Positions 35,200 to 48,489 of a stretch of 64,000 nucleotides of DNA are shown here, piece after piece. Position numbers and translations under genes: made by a program. Source of the DNA: Octopus sinensis (Eukaryota); NCBI RefSeq assembly GCF_006345805.1, contig NC_043001.1, positions 71,176,001 through 71,240,000 of the forward strand, in the 5' to 3' direction. Below the pieces are notes generated by a model that saw only the letters and a program-made list of their open reading frames with translations, was not told the DNA's origin and did not search any database. The stretch's first letter is position 1. Every line of letters starts with the position of its first letter.

Positions 35200-36950
35200 T
35201 ATTTATCCAAACAGAGCTCTTTCAGTACAAGAAATTAATTGTTTCTTAAAAGGCCTAAGATTTAATCTAACACCACAATGCGCTGTCTCAAATGAAATAC
35301 AGCACATTTCACAGTTCTGTAGCATAATAGAGAAATCATTTGATAATAAAAACAGTGACAAATCAATTGTCAGAAACAAAAGTATTACAGGCCTACATCT
35401 AATGCCTAAAGCGTTAGATGAAATTTGTGACTTAATATCCAGCTTCACATACAATGAACCTCTACACCCTCAACTCAAACCCAATACTAGATACAAAAAA
35501 TGGGAATTTATACATAAACTCAAAAAGCAATTACGGCATTATAAATAGAGAATCAGGAAAAGGAAGAATTGTAATTATTAAGGATGTTGAACACTACAAA
35601 AGTGCTATAATGTCTTTACTATAAGATATGGCCTATTACGAAATGGTAAAGGTTTACCAATAATAAATGACGATGACAAAACTGAACATCCTCAATCACC
35701 GACATCAAACTGGTTTAACTAAAAACAATGAATATGACTACAAGCTCATTTTGAATGGAAAACAAGATACTTCTTCGGTCTCCCCCAGATCCACCTGAAG
35801 AAAAGTTTTAGGGATGCTTGTAAAGAATCAACTTCATCCCAACGATCATAACTTTATGCCAATTGTAGCAGATCAGAACTTCGAAACGCACAGACTCGGT
35901 AATTTTACAGATATACTATTGATTGAGGCCTACTTTAAAATACATACCAAGTTTTGTGAGAAAGAACATGTATCATTTAAAGCGCTTCCTCAAAACCATC
36001 AATAAATATATTAATGTTACACCAATTGATATTGTAAACGACTATACCACGACACCATACTAATATGAAGTAGAAGCAATAGGATTCTGGCTCGGAAAAT
36101 TCGCTATGGCATACATGGAGGTCCAGATATATGAACGATCTAATGTAAGACATAGCGTGGACTTGCATAAATATTTACTAGATAACTGCTTGATTCTGTG
36201 AACGCACACATTTGGACAGATTACTGATTTCAAAAACCTACTCAACAGCATGAACAATAGTGTTAACTATACCAGGGAATACAATTCTAATCATCAGCCA
36301 AACACAAATACTCAAACGTATATTCACTACAAACCAACAGATTCTAAACCATATTTGCTCTTCTCTTCATGCTATCCCAAACAGACGAAGACTAACATTT
36401 CATTTAATCTAGAATGGAGAATCTGCACAATTGTTTCAAACTATGGATTTCGTTATAAAAGACTCCCTGGATGAAAACAAATGCTATTTGCCTGACAATA
36501 TCCATCAATATTCATAGAGAACGGAATAGAATGTGCCAAAGTAATAGATATTCGGGAATTGTGTAAACCAATAAACACTTCAGGTACTCCCAAAACTCTA
36601 CCCTTTATTACAATATACGACCCAATAAAGTGTAGAGGTTTACAACGTTACCGCCAGATCATTCCACTACGGAGTCAAGATCCAAGAATGAAACAAGAAC
36701 TCGAAATACACAAAATATTCAGAAGAAAACGGTAATCAAAATCACTCAAAAAAACTACTCACCAGTATTTAATAACCCTTCTCAAACTATGCAACAGGTG
36801 TCAAAATGTGTGACAATTCATTGCCAACAAATACAAGACCGCATAGCTAAACATATCCGACTGATTGGACCATAGGCATATGTCCAAAATCTAGGCCTTG
36901 TAACTTTACCAATATTCAACCAATACTAGAGATTAAACAGAATAAGTCAA
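35200..36950 (+). pseudogene. Decayed Penelope-like reverse transcriptase
   Basis: Residual YFFGLPQIH, MPIVADQNFETHRL, DNCLIL, and thumb region HYKPTDSKPYLLFSSCYPKQTKTNISFNLEWRICTIVS. Confidence 0.75.
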
Positions 36951-37502
36951 GAAAATATATTCATACAAACCACAAATCATGACTGAGTAATGGACATTCA
37001 CTCACAACTACTCACACACACATTCTTCTACTTCACAAGATTTGTAACATGCCGGCTTTAAATTTCGGATACTTTTCTTGCCTAGACTTATATATTCCAA
37101 ATTTCCCCAGTTTAACTTTATTTTTCAAACAATACCACAATTCAAGCATGAATATTTTCACACAAAAATACAAACCTCGACTGAAACGATATCGACAAGC
37201 CACACAAATACTAACTCACGGACAATACAGTAGGACTAACAAAATTTAATGACTACATACAAACGATTCCTGTCCATTCTAACACTTAGATTAAATTTAT
37301 ATAATCTTGACACTGTCACAAAGCAGGAGCACTCAACCGTGTCACCCTTAACTTTCGGCACGAAAAGTATTGTCATGTGACAATAATGCGAGGATGAAGC
37401 GGGAAGTTACAAAAATTTCTAAGCCTAATCATGTGACTATCCTCTACCAAATTTTGTCCCAAACAGATACTAACTAGAGCTATGGTCTCTCCACAGAAGA
37501 TA

Positions 37503-37828
37503 TGTATATATGTGTGTGTGTGTGGGTACAATTTTCAATATTTGTAGTTCTGCTGGCCTTGTGCCTGTAACACGAACCCACAACAAACACACTTACACCT
37601 GCACACACCCTACACACACCTTTACCCAGATATTAACACCATGACACACACAAATATATGGTTCCACACATACACATAATTGAATACGGGTGCAAAACAT
37701 CCAACACTATTTTTTGGAAATGGCTGTAAATATTGACTTCACACAAATACGTTGCTTCCCGATACAGGCACAAGGCCAGCAGAACTATAAATATTGAAAA
37801 TTGTACCCACACACACACACATATATAC
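37503..37828. repeat. Inverted repeat 37503-37569 / 37763-37828
   Basis: GGGTACAATTTTCAATATTTrTAGTTCTGCTGGCCTTGTGCCTGTA and its reverse complement, one mismatch in the unique part. Confidence 0.9.
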
Positions 37829-38041
37829 ACGCGCGCGCGCCCCAACATACATATAAACACACACGCGCGCGCGCGCGCACATACATACAGCTCTCCCTGT
37901 TCTAAACGAACTTACTTATCCAGTCAAGCGGAAAATACACTCCCTAACTACGCGCTAAAAAGCTATTTAAAATATCCACATGACGTCTACTGACCAGCCT
38001 GAACAATAAGAATTTTCAACAACACTATTTTCGAAAATTCT

Positions 38042-38243
38042 AAACATTCACGTGACCTCTTTATTATGGCCAATAAGAAATTTTAGGCGGGACACTAGCC
38101 AAATTTTAACTTCTCTGGAGCCTTTTTTCTTACCTCAACACCAACTTCCATTCAAACATTCACGTGACCCCTTCATAATGACCAATCAAAATTTTAGGCG
38201 CGAAACCAAGCAAATCCAAAACAACTCTGGAGCCTCTTTTTTT
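38042..38243 (+). repeat. Two tandem units, period about 112 bp, with CACGTG, CCAAT and TTTAGGCG motifs
   Basis: AAACATTCACGTGACC...CCAAT...AAATTTTAGGCG...CTCTGGAGCC at 38042 and 38154. Confidence 0.8.
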
Positions 38244-38279
38244 CACATATAAGAGACAGATTCTAATCTCTCTTTTATA

Positions 38280-38315
38280 TTTTGATAAGCATAACAAATG
38301 CGCAACCGGTAAAAA
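38280..38315 (+). ncRNA. Decayed hammerhead-like motif (U3:A8 core, A13 mutated)
   Basis: TTGATAA-GCAT(AACAA)ATGC-GCAA-CCG-GTA with palindromic ACCGGT. Weak stem I. Confidence 0.35.
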
Positions 38316-38801
38316 GAACTTTCACCTAATTAAATTACTTAAATTACTTCAATTATTTGTCAGCATTTTCTTCATTTCCTTTTTTATATATCACCACTCG
38401 TGTTCGACATCTCCTTTTTTTAAATATATATATATATATGTATATATATATAAACATATATATATAAACATATATATATATATGTATGTACATATATATG
38501 TGTATTTATGTATGTATGCATGTATGAATATATGGACACATGCATGCACAATGGCAGACACAGAATCAATGACAACTGCAATACAACATAGCAATAATGC
38601 ACTCGGGGTTGGGTTATTTGACCACTTATCGGAACACATCTTCACTTGGTCAAACCGAAATGGAGGATGAAATGAATTAAATACTATACACACATGCAAA
38701 CGTATAGACATGTGCATATCTCTATCGGTATATACACACATACTTATATCCTTACACAGATACATACATGCATTCGTGCATACACACACATACATATATA
38801 G

Positions 38802-38858
<57 letters not shown>

Positions 38859-39525
38859 CACATACATATATATATACATACATACACACACATACATACA
38901 TATATATATACATACGTACCCGCATACGTACATACATACACAGACACATATTTGCATGGATTTAATTACACTTTTATACCATAATTCTATGAATTTCTAC
39001 TTGAGTACTACTACTACTAATACTAATACTACTACTAATACTAATACTAATACTAATACTAATACTACTACCACTGTTATTATTACAGTTGTCACTACTT
39101 AGAAGGACAAGAAGAAGTACATGAACATAAACAAGAAAAGACGAAAAGTAGAGGAGGAGCAGAAGGAGGAGCAAGAGGAGGAGGAGAAGGAGGTGGTGGG
39201 AGAGAATAATTTCAGTATTTCATTTATATTTGATGATCAATATAACATGATAAATTAACATGGTAATGAAGCATTACCTCAACATTGCAGCAATTAAATT
39301 CCTAGATTATTCAGCTATTTCCCATGTTATATCATAGCCAACTAAAATTACTATCAAGTTTCCATATAGTTTACTTATTATTAATACTCTACCATCACAC
39401 GACCTTACACTCTTCAATGTTTCTCGGTCCCCGCAGAATATTCTATCTTTGCTATATTTATATATACTCAAATTTATGATCAATTTTCAGTGATGTTAGT
39501 TTGTAATTATTCAATGACAAATATT

Positions 39526-39752
39526 TCATGTAGGATAACTTTTCTGTTTCCTAAGAGTATGAAGTATATCAATTAGGGGTTCCATGTTAATTGCATTCCT
39601 GCGCAAGATATGCGCTAATTGTCCATTTAAAATGCCTTGTATACAAGCAATAACTGAATCATTTGGAAGGATATTGCTGATTCTCAAGAGTAAGCGCTTG
39701 TCTACTCTTTCATACTTAGGAAAAAAAGAACGCATCATTTCTAATATGGTGG
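39526..39752 (-). CDS. Candidate terminal coding exon, unknown helical protein
   Basis: Acceptor cttcccaatttag then 75 open codons to TGA in non-repetitive DNA: TILEMMRSFFPKYERVDKRLLLRISNILPNDSVIACIQGILNGQLAHILRRNAINMEPLIDILHTLRKQKSYPT. Confidence 0.35.
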
Positions 39753-40272
39753 CTAAATTGGGAAGTATACTTATGCTAACATGGGTAACACCAGATGGGG
39801 TGAACATACAATAATGTACACCCTATACTAATTTTAAAAAGGGAAAAGTTTCTTGAGGAATAAGGAAATGAATACTAATTTTAAAAAAGAAAAGAAATTT
39901 TTACCTTAACATAAAATTAAATATAAAAGCACGAACACATACGTTTGTGTCTGTGTGTGTGCGTGCTTGTGTTATTTTTCTAAACTTTATCAATGTAATT
40001 GCAAGCTATTCCATCGGAAACTTACGTCTACAAGATTAAAACCCCTCCCATAAATAGTAAGCTATTTACTCTCTCTGCTGCCCCTCTAACTCCTCCTCGT
40101 TCACTGTTCTTATGACTCTTTCTGTCACTCCATGTCTTCGTAGTGTCCATTTATTCATTACTTACTATCGGGATAGGTATGTGCACTCAACTATCATCGC
40201 TGTCGCTATCTCTTTTCATTTTTCTGACTCTATGAAGAAATCCGCAAAATCAAACAATCAACCAAGTGACTT

Positions 40273-40322
40273 AAGGCAGCGACCAGGCAGAATCGTTAGC
40301 ACACCGAACATAAATTTGCGCG
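40273..40322 (+). mobile_element. SINE family 2 head fragment
   Basis: TTAAGGCAGCGACCAGGCAGAATCGTTAGCACACCG. Confidence 0.6.
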
Positions 40323-41268
40323 GTGTGTGTTTATGCGTGTGTGTGTGTGTGTGCTTGTGTGTATGTGTGTGTGCGTGTGTGTGTGTGTGTTTATGTGCGT
40401 GTCTGTGTGCACGCGCTTGTGTGCTTGTTGTTAGAATTTAACACAGAATAAGCCCTTTGTTTTCAGTCAACTACTCTCCTATAAATTAATTAACTTCAGT
40501 TAGTTGCACATTTTCCTCTCCGCAGTGACGTTGCGTAAATAGCGTCTCGGAAACGACAGCAAAGCACGAATCAGCAAGAACCGTTTATTGCCCATATTAA
40601 CACTTGATCCCTTTTCTCAAAATGACCGCCACGATAGTGTTTATATTGTTCATATTTATAAAGATTTGATTAAATTGAATACACCGTTTTGCATCAATGA
40701 CTAATTCTTTGCAGCCAGGGTGATTAATATATTACTACCGTGTTAAAAGTATTCGGCTAAATAATTTAAATGTTTTACCAAATTCAGTATTTTTCTGCAT
40801 CTTTTATACTTTCATATCGAAATAATCACCAGTTTTGGTCCTTTAGCTTTTGTTAATGATGGGGGTTTTTTTCTCTCTTCTTACTCCATATTCCAAAATA
40901 TAATTTCTGTTACCGATTAATAATTAACAAATTGGACTGGAGTCACTGAAATAAAAATTTCAGATGGTTGCAATAAGCTTTTGATATTGTAATATTTTGA
41001 CAAGAAAGATGTTTATCTACCTTTCGTTGATTAACTGGCATCCACTTTACCTTATGGATAATTAACTATTCAGGTTATATTCAAAGGGAACACTAATAAA
41101 TTAATCTTTTATGCTCCACCACTGAGAGAATATGTTCTGATTTTAAATGGATATTGAATCTCCTTTTCATATTTGCAATAATCATTGTCCATGTCATCGA
41201 ATTGAAAAGTTCTGATAATCTTGCGATTTAATGACAATGTTGTCACATCTGATATAATTCCCATCTAT

Positions 41269-41313
<45 letters not shown>

Positions 41314-42189
41314 CGGTTAATTAGTAGAGTTTGAAGGCTTACTTTTAGCTGAAGACTTCTTAGGATTAATAGAAATTGAGATTGATAGAAATTATGTTAC
41401 TATTTGTAATTCTATTCCTTTATGATTTAAACACCAAGGAGAGGGCAAATTCCTCCGGTGAATGTTCTGCATACTGTGTACACTAAGGGGTCATGTCATG
41501 TAAATTCGTGAGAAAGGGAACATTGACCAACAGAGATTATCCACGCAATCAATGGACAAAATTCCTCCTAGAAGTATCTAAAATATAAAAACAGTAAGAA
41601 AAATAAGTCCAATTTCAGCAGTAAAGGGACCATTTTGGAATCTCTCACTCTCTTTATTTCTCTCTTTCACTCTCTCTCACTTTCACTCTCACTCTCTCTC
41701 ACTCTCACTCTCTCTCTTTCTCTCTCTCGCTCTCTCTCTCTCCCTCTCTCTCTGTATATGTGTGTGTATTAATCATAAGGACACAATAAAATGTCCACCT
41801 GCAAGAAATGAGAGTAAAAACCCTATAATTCTACCTATACCTATGTCAATAAATACATAGCTTTATGGTATATATGTATATTGAGGGATTTTTTCGATCC
41901 GCTTGCCCGAGTAGCGTTTATTCTGTTATTTTCAGTGTTAATGTTTTGATGTTTTAAATGAGGGTTTAACTCTCATTTCTAGCAAGTAGACACTTTATTG
42001 TGTCCTTAGGGTTAACATAATTTTAATGCTATAGCTATATAATGCTATCTTAGGTCTGAGACCACCTATTTTAGTGTTGCTGTTATTATCAACTATCTGC
42101 TTTGCGTTCGATAATAATAGCAATATTAATATCGATATAAATATTCACTTCTGAAACTCTGCTCCTGATAAATATATATATATGCACAC

Positions 42190-42223
<34 letters not shown>

Positions 42224-42271
42224 ATACGTATATATATATATATATATATGTATGTATATGTATATGTATAC

Positions 42272-42331
<60 letters not shown>

Positions 42332-42351
42332 TGTATATATATATTTGTATG

Positions 42352-42390
<39 letters not shown>

Positions 42391-42392
42391 GT

Positions 42393-42463
<71 letters not shown>

Positions 42464-42714
42464 TGTGTGTATATATATATGCACTGAGAAGTGTGTTCCC
42501 TCTGACTAGTGTTTGAAGCTTGTCCTATTTTTATAGAGAGTACATGGCCCAAATTAGTATGTTTTGGATAGGATTTGATTAGTAGACGATAGTCACATAT
42601 ACTCGTTATAGAAATGTTTGTAGGTTCCCTGTTATGTCCGTGTGTTAATGTCAAGTGACAATGTATCTCAGCCTTGACTCACAATGCCAAGCATGTATGT
42701 ATGAATGTACGTAG

Positions 42715-42769
<55 letters not shown>

Positions 42770-42770
<1 letters not shown>

Positions 42771-44025
42771 GAGGGGTGTTCAATAAGTAATGCCCCTGAT
42801 CCACTTGCAGTTATTTATATCTCTATAGATTAAGTGGCGAATTACAGCTCTGAACTAATTGTGGTTTCTTATTTACAGGTGTTTGAACTGAGTCAAGTGT
42901 GAAATGGAGCCTGTTGAGTGTCGAGCAGTGATCTGGTTTTTGTATTTGAAAGGACGCACACCACGGGAGACTTTTGATGAAATGAAAGTAACTTATGTTG
43001 ATGCCCCATCATATGACCTTGTAAAATGCTGGCATTGTGAATTCAAACATAGTCGGAACTCTGTGGAAACAGATCCTAGATCTGGTCGCCCCCTTCTGCC
43101 GTTGATGAGACGTCTGTCCGTCAAGTTGAGGCTGACATTTTGGAAGGTCAACGCATAATTATTCGCCAAATAGCCCATGAGGTCAAGATTAGTACCGGGT
43201 CTGTGGAAACTATCATTCATGACCATTTGCATATGCAAAAGGTGTCTGCCAGATGGATTTCCAGATTGCTCACACCTTTCCAGAAGCAAGAACTCGTTGA
43301 GTGCTCGAGGATGAATTTGGAGATGTGCCAAGAAGATGAGTCAAAATTTTTCAAAAGACTGATCACACAGGATGAAACCTGGGTCCATCACTATGATCCA
43401 TAGACCAAAGCCCAGTCAATGCAGTGAAAGCACCGTGACTCACCTCCTCCAAAGAGGGCAAGGGTGCAGCCCTCCGCTGGCAAGGTCATGCTCACAGTCT
43501 TCTGGGACCAGGACGGAGTAGTGATGACAGATTTCCTGGCAAAGGGTACCACAATTACAGGAGCCTATTATGCTTCACTTTTGAGGAAATTAAGAGAAGC
43601 TATCAAAATCAAGAGGCGGGGCAAGATCAGCAAAGGCATCCTCCTCCTGCAGGACAACGCTCCGGTCCAGAACTCGCGTGTCGCCAGATCAGAAGCACAG
43701 GTGTGCAGCTATGAACTCCTCCCCCATCCCCCCTACTCTCCTGACCTTGCACCCTCTGATTTTCACCTCTTCCCAGCCATGAAGTTGATTTTGAAAGGAA
43801 AGCGTTTCCCAGATGATGCAGCCTTGATTTCTGAAGCCACGTCGTGGTTGGAGGACCAAGCTGGGGTCTTCTACAAAAACGGTCTCCAGAGCTGTATCAA
43901 ACGATGGGAGAAATGCATAACTCTGGGTGGTTCCTATGTAGGAAAAGACTAATAACTGTGCCAAGTGTCGTTGTTCTACTGCTATGGGTAGTGGGTCAGA
44001 GGCATTACTTATTGAACGCCCCTCG
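42770..44025 (+). mobile_element. Full-length mariner (DD34D, irritans/Hsmar2-like) with TIRs and TA target
   Basis: TA|CGAGGGGTGTTCAATAAGTAATGCC...GGCATTACTTATTGAACGCCCCTCG|TA, 1256 bp. Confidence 0.95.
42904..43952 (+). pseudogene. Mariner transposase, disrupted
   Basis: ITQDETWVHHYDP, AGKVMLTVFWD, LLQDNAP and HPPYSPDLAPSDF are present. At least one frameshift near 43090-43110 and two in-frame stops near 43400-43430. Confidence 0.92.
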
Positions 44026-44229
44026 TACATATATACATTCATACATACAAACATACATGCATACATACATGCACATACATACATACATACATACATACAT
44101 ACATACATACATACATACATACATACATACATACATACACATCGACTGTTTCAGCCTGCCTCATGGGCTTGTATCTATGTGCGAAATCCTATGTATTTAG
44201 TAGAATTATTTTTGTTATCTTTGAAGATC

Positions 44230-44620
44230 GTACTAGGAATTTACGGAGATGAAGAGAACAAAACTTGCTGAGTTGGTGGAAATAATCCGAAACAACTTGT
44301 GCTGTGTTTTCATTGTGATGAAAGGTTTCAAAGGCCACTAGTCTCTCTACAATACGAATACTTCGCTGGTTATCACATGGACATGTATATAGAAAAAGCA
44401 TTAAGTTGGTCGCTGAAGCAGTATAGGATGCTTCGAAGTAGTTGTGGACCAAGTGATATTTGACTTGGATGGAGACAAGTTGGAGTTTGATCAAGATTAG
44501 CCGGGACACTTAGATGAAGGTGCTTGATTGTTAAAGGAAGTAACATCACTGATGTTGTATCACATACTGCTACGTTCGAAAACAAGGTTTCCGCAATACA
44601 TTTAATCCGTGATATTACAT
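44230..44620 (-). pseudogene. Possible highly decayed LTR-retrotransposon integrase fragment
   Basis: Loose motif echoes across two frames: CDTTS, PSQISLGPQL (SD.GPQF-like) and TCPCDNQRSIRIVERLV (PYHPQSNG.VER-like). Confidence 0.25.
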
Positions 44621-44892
44621 AGTTACGCGTCATTTACACCAATGTATATCTACAACCTTTCCAGAACGTATTTTAACCATTATCCGTATTCATATATTTT
44701 TGCCTTAGAGCCTTGTAAATATACTTACCTATGTTCTATACAAATATTACATCGTATATAATTTACTTATATATCTATTCAAAAGATGATAACTACATAC
44801 CATTCACTGTTATAAGTTCACTTTACGTACATTATCTGCCATCTTCCATTTTTTGTTTGATGACCAAGTGGTTTTGGTTGTTATTATTTACT

Positions 44893-44933
<41 letters not shown>

Positions 44934-45349
44934 GGCCTTTTGGCTATTTTAATTTGGAATGCTATTTGTGATATTTTATCTTATGTTTACGAAATGTTAG
45001 TTTCTTCGATAACAAAACTTTGCAATTTCGAAATGGAAATGGTTCTTTACAGTTCATCATATTCTCTTTACTCAACTCTTTTGTAACAATAAAAGCCATT
45101 TCTCCGCAGACTTTCTTCTTCTTCGTTTTCTACTTCGTCTCCTTCTTCTTCTCCTTTTCCTTCGTCTCCTTGTTTTTCTTTACTTCTTCTCCTGCAGCTA
45201 TATTTTCTTCTCTCACTACCTCCTTTTCAGCTACTCCTTCTTGCTTCCTACTTTGCTTTCCCTTACCTTTTTATCTCTCTTCTTTTCCTTCGTGTCCTTC
45301 GACCTCCTCTTCTTTACCCTCTCTTGTTCTAAATGGCACCATTCTAAAG

Positions 45350-46800
45350 GAATATTAGTAGGTTGCATGGGGCTGAAATCAACGCCGACAAATCGGTTCG
45401 TTTGTGTTTGGGCCCTGGAGAGGCAGGACGATGCCATCAGATGGTGTTGTCGGACGCTAGACCGACGAACCAGTTACCGTGCTGGGGGTCTGGTTTGGTC
45501 CCGACCTCCAGGTTGATAAGAACTGGGACAAAGTAGTGAACAGGGTGGCCAGCCTTACCCAGAATTATGCTGACAGAAAGCTGTCCCTGTAAGGTTGAAC
45601 AGAGTGGGTGAATGCTTTCATTGCCTCCGTTATGATTTATCGCCTGACCGTCATGTCTTGTCCTGGTTACTACTTGAGCAATTTGGAGTGTCTCTTATTT
45701 AAATTCTTTTGGAAAGGATGCGTTCCAATGGTCAGGCGGTCAGTCTGTTTCCCGCATCCTCTGAGTTGAATATTAAGTATGCCGTGGCTCCTAATGCACA
45801 GACACGTGCTTAGGTTACGCCACAAAAACGATTTCTGGACAGTGAGCGTGAGTGGCCTGCGTTTGTGAGATTTGTCTTTCCGCAGCTCGTCTCTTTGACG
45901 AATCTGCCGTCCTGGGTGAAGAAAAGACCGGAACTGGGCACCTAGTACATAGAATGTTGTCAAGCGCACTCACAGCCTTCGATCAGTTGGGCAGTGGGAT
46001 CGGTGGATATTCTGCTTTAGAAATTTATAGAGGATTAGTGACAGGGAAGTGCGACGACGTTCTCGGGGAGACTCTGGGTGCGACGAGAACAAGCCGGCTA
46101 GACTGTTCCGGAAGACTTTCCAGTCGGGAGCTATCATGGATAACTTCCAGATGTCCTTGGTTTGGCAGTACTACCGAGGGGTGCTATCGGTTCGAGATAA
46201 ACTCTACAGACACAGAAACCGTTCTGCACGCCCTTGTTCAGTGTCCGGGCATTGCTGACTTGTAGGGTGGTGTTGAACAGCTGCTGTCATGTGTGAGACA
46301 GATTCGTCTGTCAGCCGTGTCTGTAGTGTTGACTACTACGCCACCCTTCTTCCATCGGGCAAGCAAGGCAGTTTTCCTTTGTCCGGTGGCTGTGGTGACA
46401 GAGGTTGACAAGGCTGAAAGGAGTGAGAACAGATATATTCCTATTTGTTAGAGCTCTCATTGACTTCTTCAAGTTTCACTTGAAAAGGAAATTGAGAATG
46501 GAGATGGAAGTTGTCCGCAAGTGAGTTTGTTGAACAGTGGGTGAAAATTGCGAAAATTGCAAGAGTGGATGGCAAGTTGTAAGTGTAGACCTGTGATTCG
46601 GAGAGAAGGAATTGGGGAGGGTATTCTTCCTAGGATTTCAGGGAAATCTCTCTCGGACAACGGGCTTTCTCGATTATCCTTAGAAGCGTTCCTGTATCAA
46701 GAGGGCCACATCTCTATTGCCCTCCCACCTCTTTTTTTTACCTTTGTATGTTATGCATATGTCTCTTCTTTTCCGGTGTGTACCGTGAATACTTTAATTT
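45350..46800 (+). mobile_element. 5'-truncated Tx1/L1-clade LINE, decayed
   Basis: GAEINADKS, VLGVWFG, FKFFWKG, IYRGLVTGKCDDVLG, MDNFQMSLVW and ETVLHALVQC. Homologous to 17279-18405. Confidence 0.8.
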
Positions 46801-46879
46801 CTTTTTAAATCTGTCCACTGTCTCCTTCTCACAACTAATATTGGACACTTATCTATACCAAATTTCATGACTTTTTCTT

Positions 46880-48290
46880 TGCTGAAGAGTTTTATAGTCT
46901 GTATTAAGAAATCTGCCTTTTTACATTCTTACAAAAAGGCTTCAGAACATCCATGGAGAGGAAATGGTTAAATGTCCCCTTACTACTTCTGAACTGATAC
47001 CATGCATTTGCCTTCCTTAATATTAAATTGAGGGGGATCAAACATAAGACAAATAGCAAAGGGGATAGCGACTCCCCTTGGAAAATTCGTCTTTTGATAT
47101 TAACTTTCCATAACTGTGTGTCACCTGAGTAGAAATCTAATATCCATTTATTCATGCTACAACAAAATAATTCTCTTGTGTTGTCTGCTATATAGAATAT
47201 ACTCAAACATTCATTTATCCATGAGAGTAGGGTCATGTCATAGGCTTTCCTATAACCTATCCATGGTATTGTTAAAAATTTCTTTCTAGCTTTTACTTTA
47301 GGACTGCTTTGTCTATGTACGATAGATCATGCGTTCTTCTAGCTTTCTTCCTGCAACTTTTCTATTTTTCATGTAGCAAATTCTGGTTGCCAAGGTGTTC
47401 GTAAATGCTTTCTGAATGCATTCCTTTTAACAGCTGCCACACTAATGGTAAGCAAGGGATTGGTCTATAGTTACTAGCTGTATTACTCTTGTTCTTATCT
47501 TTCATGATGAGTATTGTCCTCCCTCTAGTCATCCATAAAGGTATTATTCTTCCATTAAGTTGTTCCCTCAGCCTCCATGTAAACTACTAAATTTCTTAAG
47601 CCAGTACCCTTGAACTAGATTTGGTCCTAGGTCCTTCCATTTTGGCGTTTTTCATAACACTTTACTCAGTAATGTACTATGTAATCTTAGTTGCTTCTCA
47701 CTCACTACTTTTCCCCTCACTTTCTTTAACCATATTGCATGATTGACTGGCTTATCCCAAATATTTCTCCAGGACTTTCTAGCTTCTTCTGCATTAGGTC
47801 TCTCATCTTCAGTACTTCGATCTCCACCATGTGTTTGGCTATAAAATCTCTACTGGTCTGTTTCAACTGATTTATTCTGTGGATACTGATTTTTTCCTTA
47901 TATCTGGAGAGCTTACCTGCCACTGCTATGATATACTATTTCAACTCTTCTATTACTCTCCCAAATCCTTTCTCTTAGACTAAGTATTTTTCTCGAAGGA
48001 CGATCTGCATATTGTGTTTCCTTACTTCTTCAGTTTCCAGGATTCTACTCTACTTAGATTTTGTCTTAAAGTCTTCACATTATTTTGTAGTCTCCTTTTC
48101 CACATTTTCTCTTTTTTAATTTTTCCCTGTGAGATATCTAATCTTCTGGTGACTACTATCACTCCTGCATAGATCAGGAAATAGGTGTCTCCTATATTTT
48201 AAAAATTTGACGAACCAACTTTTCCTCTGAGATTAAGTAGTCCTCATCAATTTCTTTTATAATACATAAAGAGCAAGGTACGGTTTGAGC
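46880..48290 (-). mobile_element. Old R4/Dong-like RT fragment
   Basis: RRIFQGESLSPLLFVLCLIPL...FNHFLSMDVLK. Confidence 0.75.
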
Positions 48291-48489
48291 AAGTGCGTTT
48301 AGAGGCCGTGCTCTGTAAACAAATATTATGAAATTGAGGTGCCTAAATAGAGTCATACATAAACTATGCAACTACACACAGGCGGTTGCTATATTTGTAT
48401 CTACTACCAGCTATTACTAATTATTAGAGATTTTTGCGGAGGTGTACTTGTCAAGTAAGTGATTTGACTTGCGAACTTTATAGTCTTCT

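Noticed and set aside
40530-40660. Strong acceptor (ttttcctctccgcag) followed by a signal-peptide-like MTATIVFILFIFIKI
   Set aside because: The frame stops after 15 codons with no donor site, so it cannot be supported as coding.
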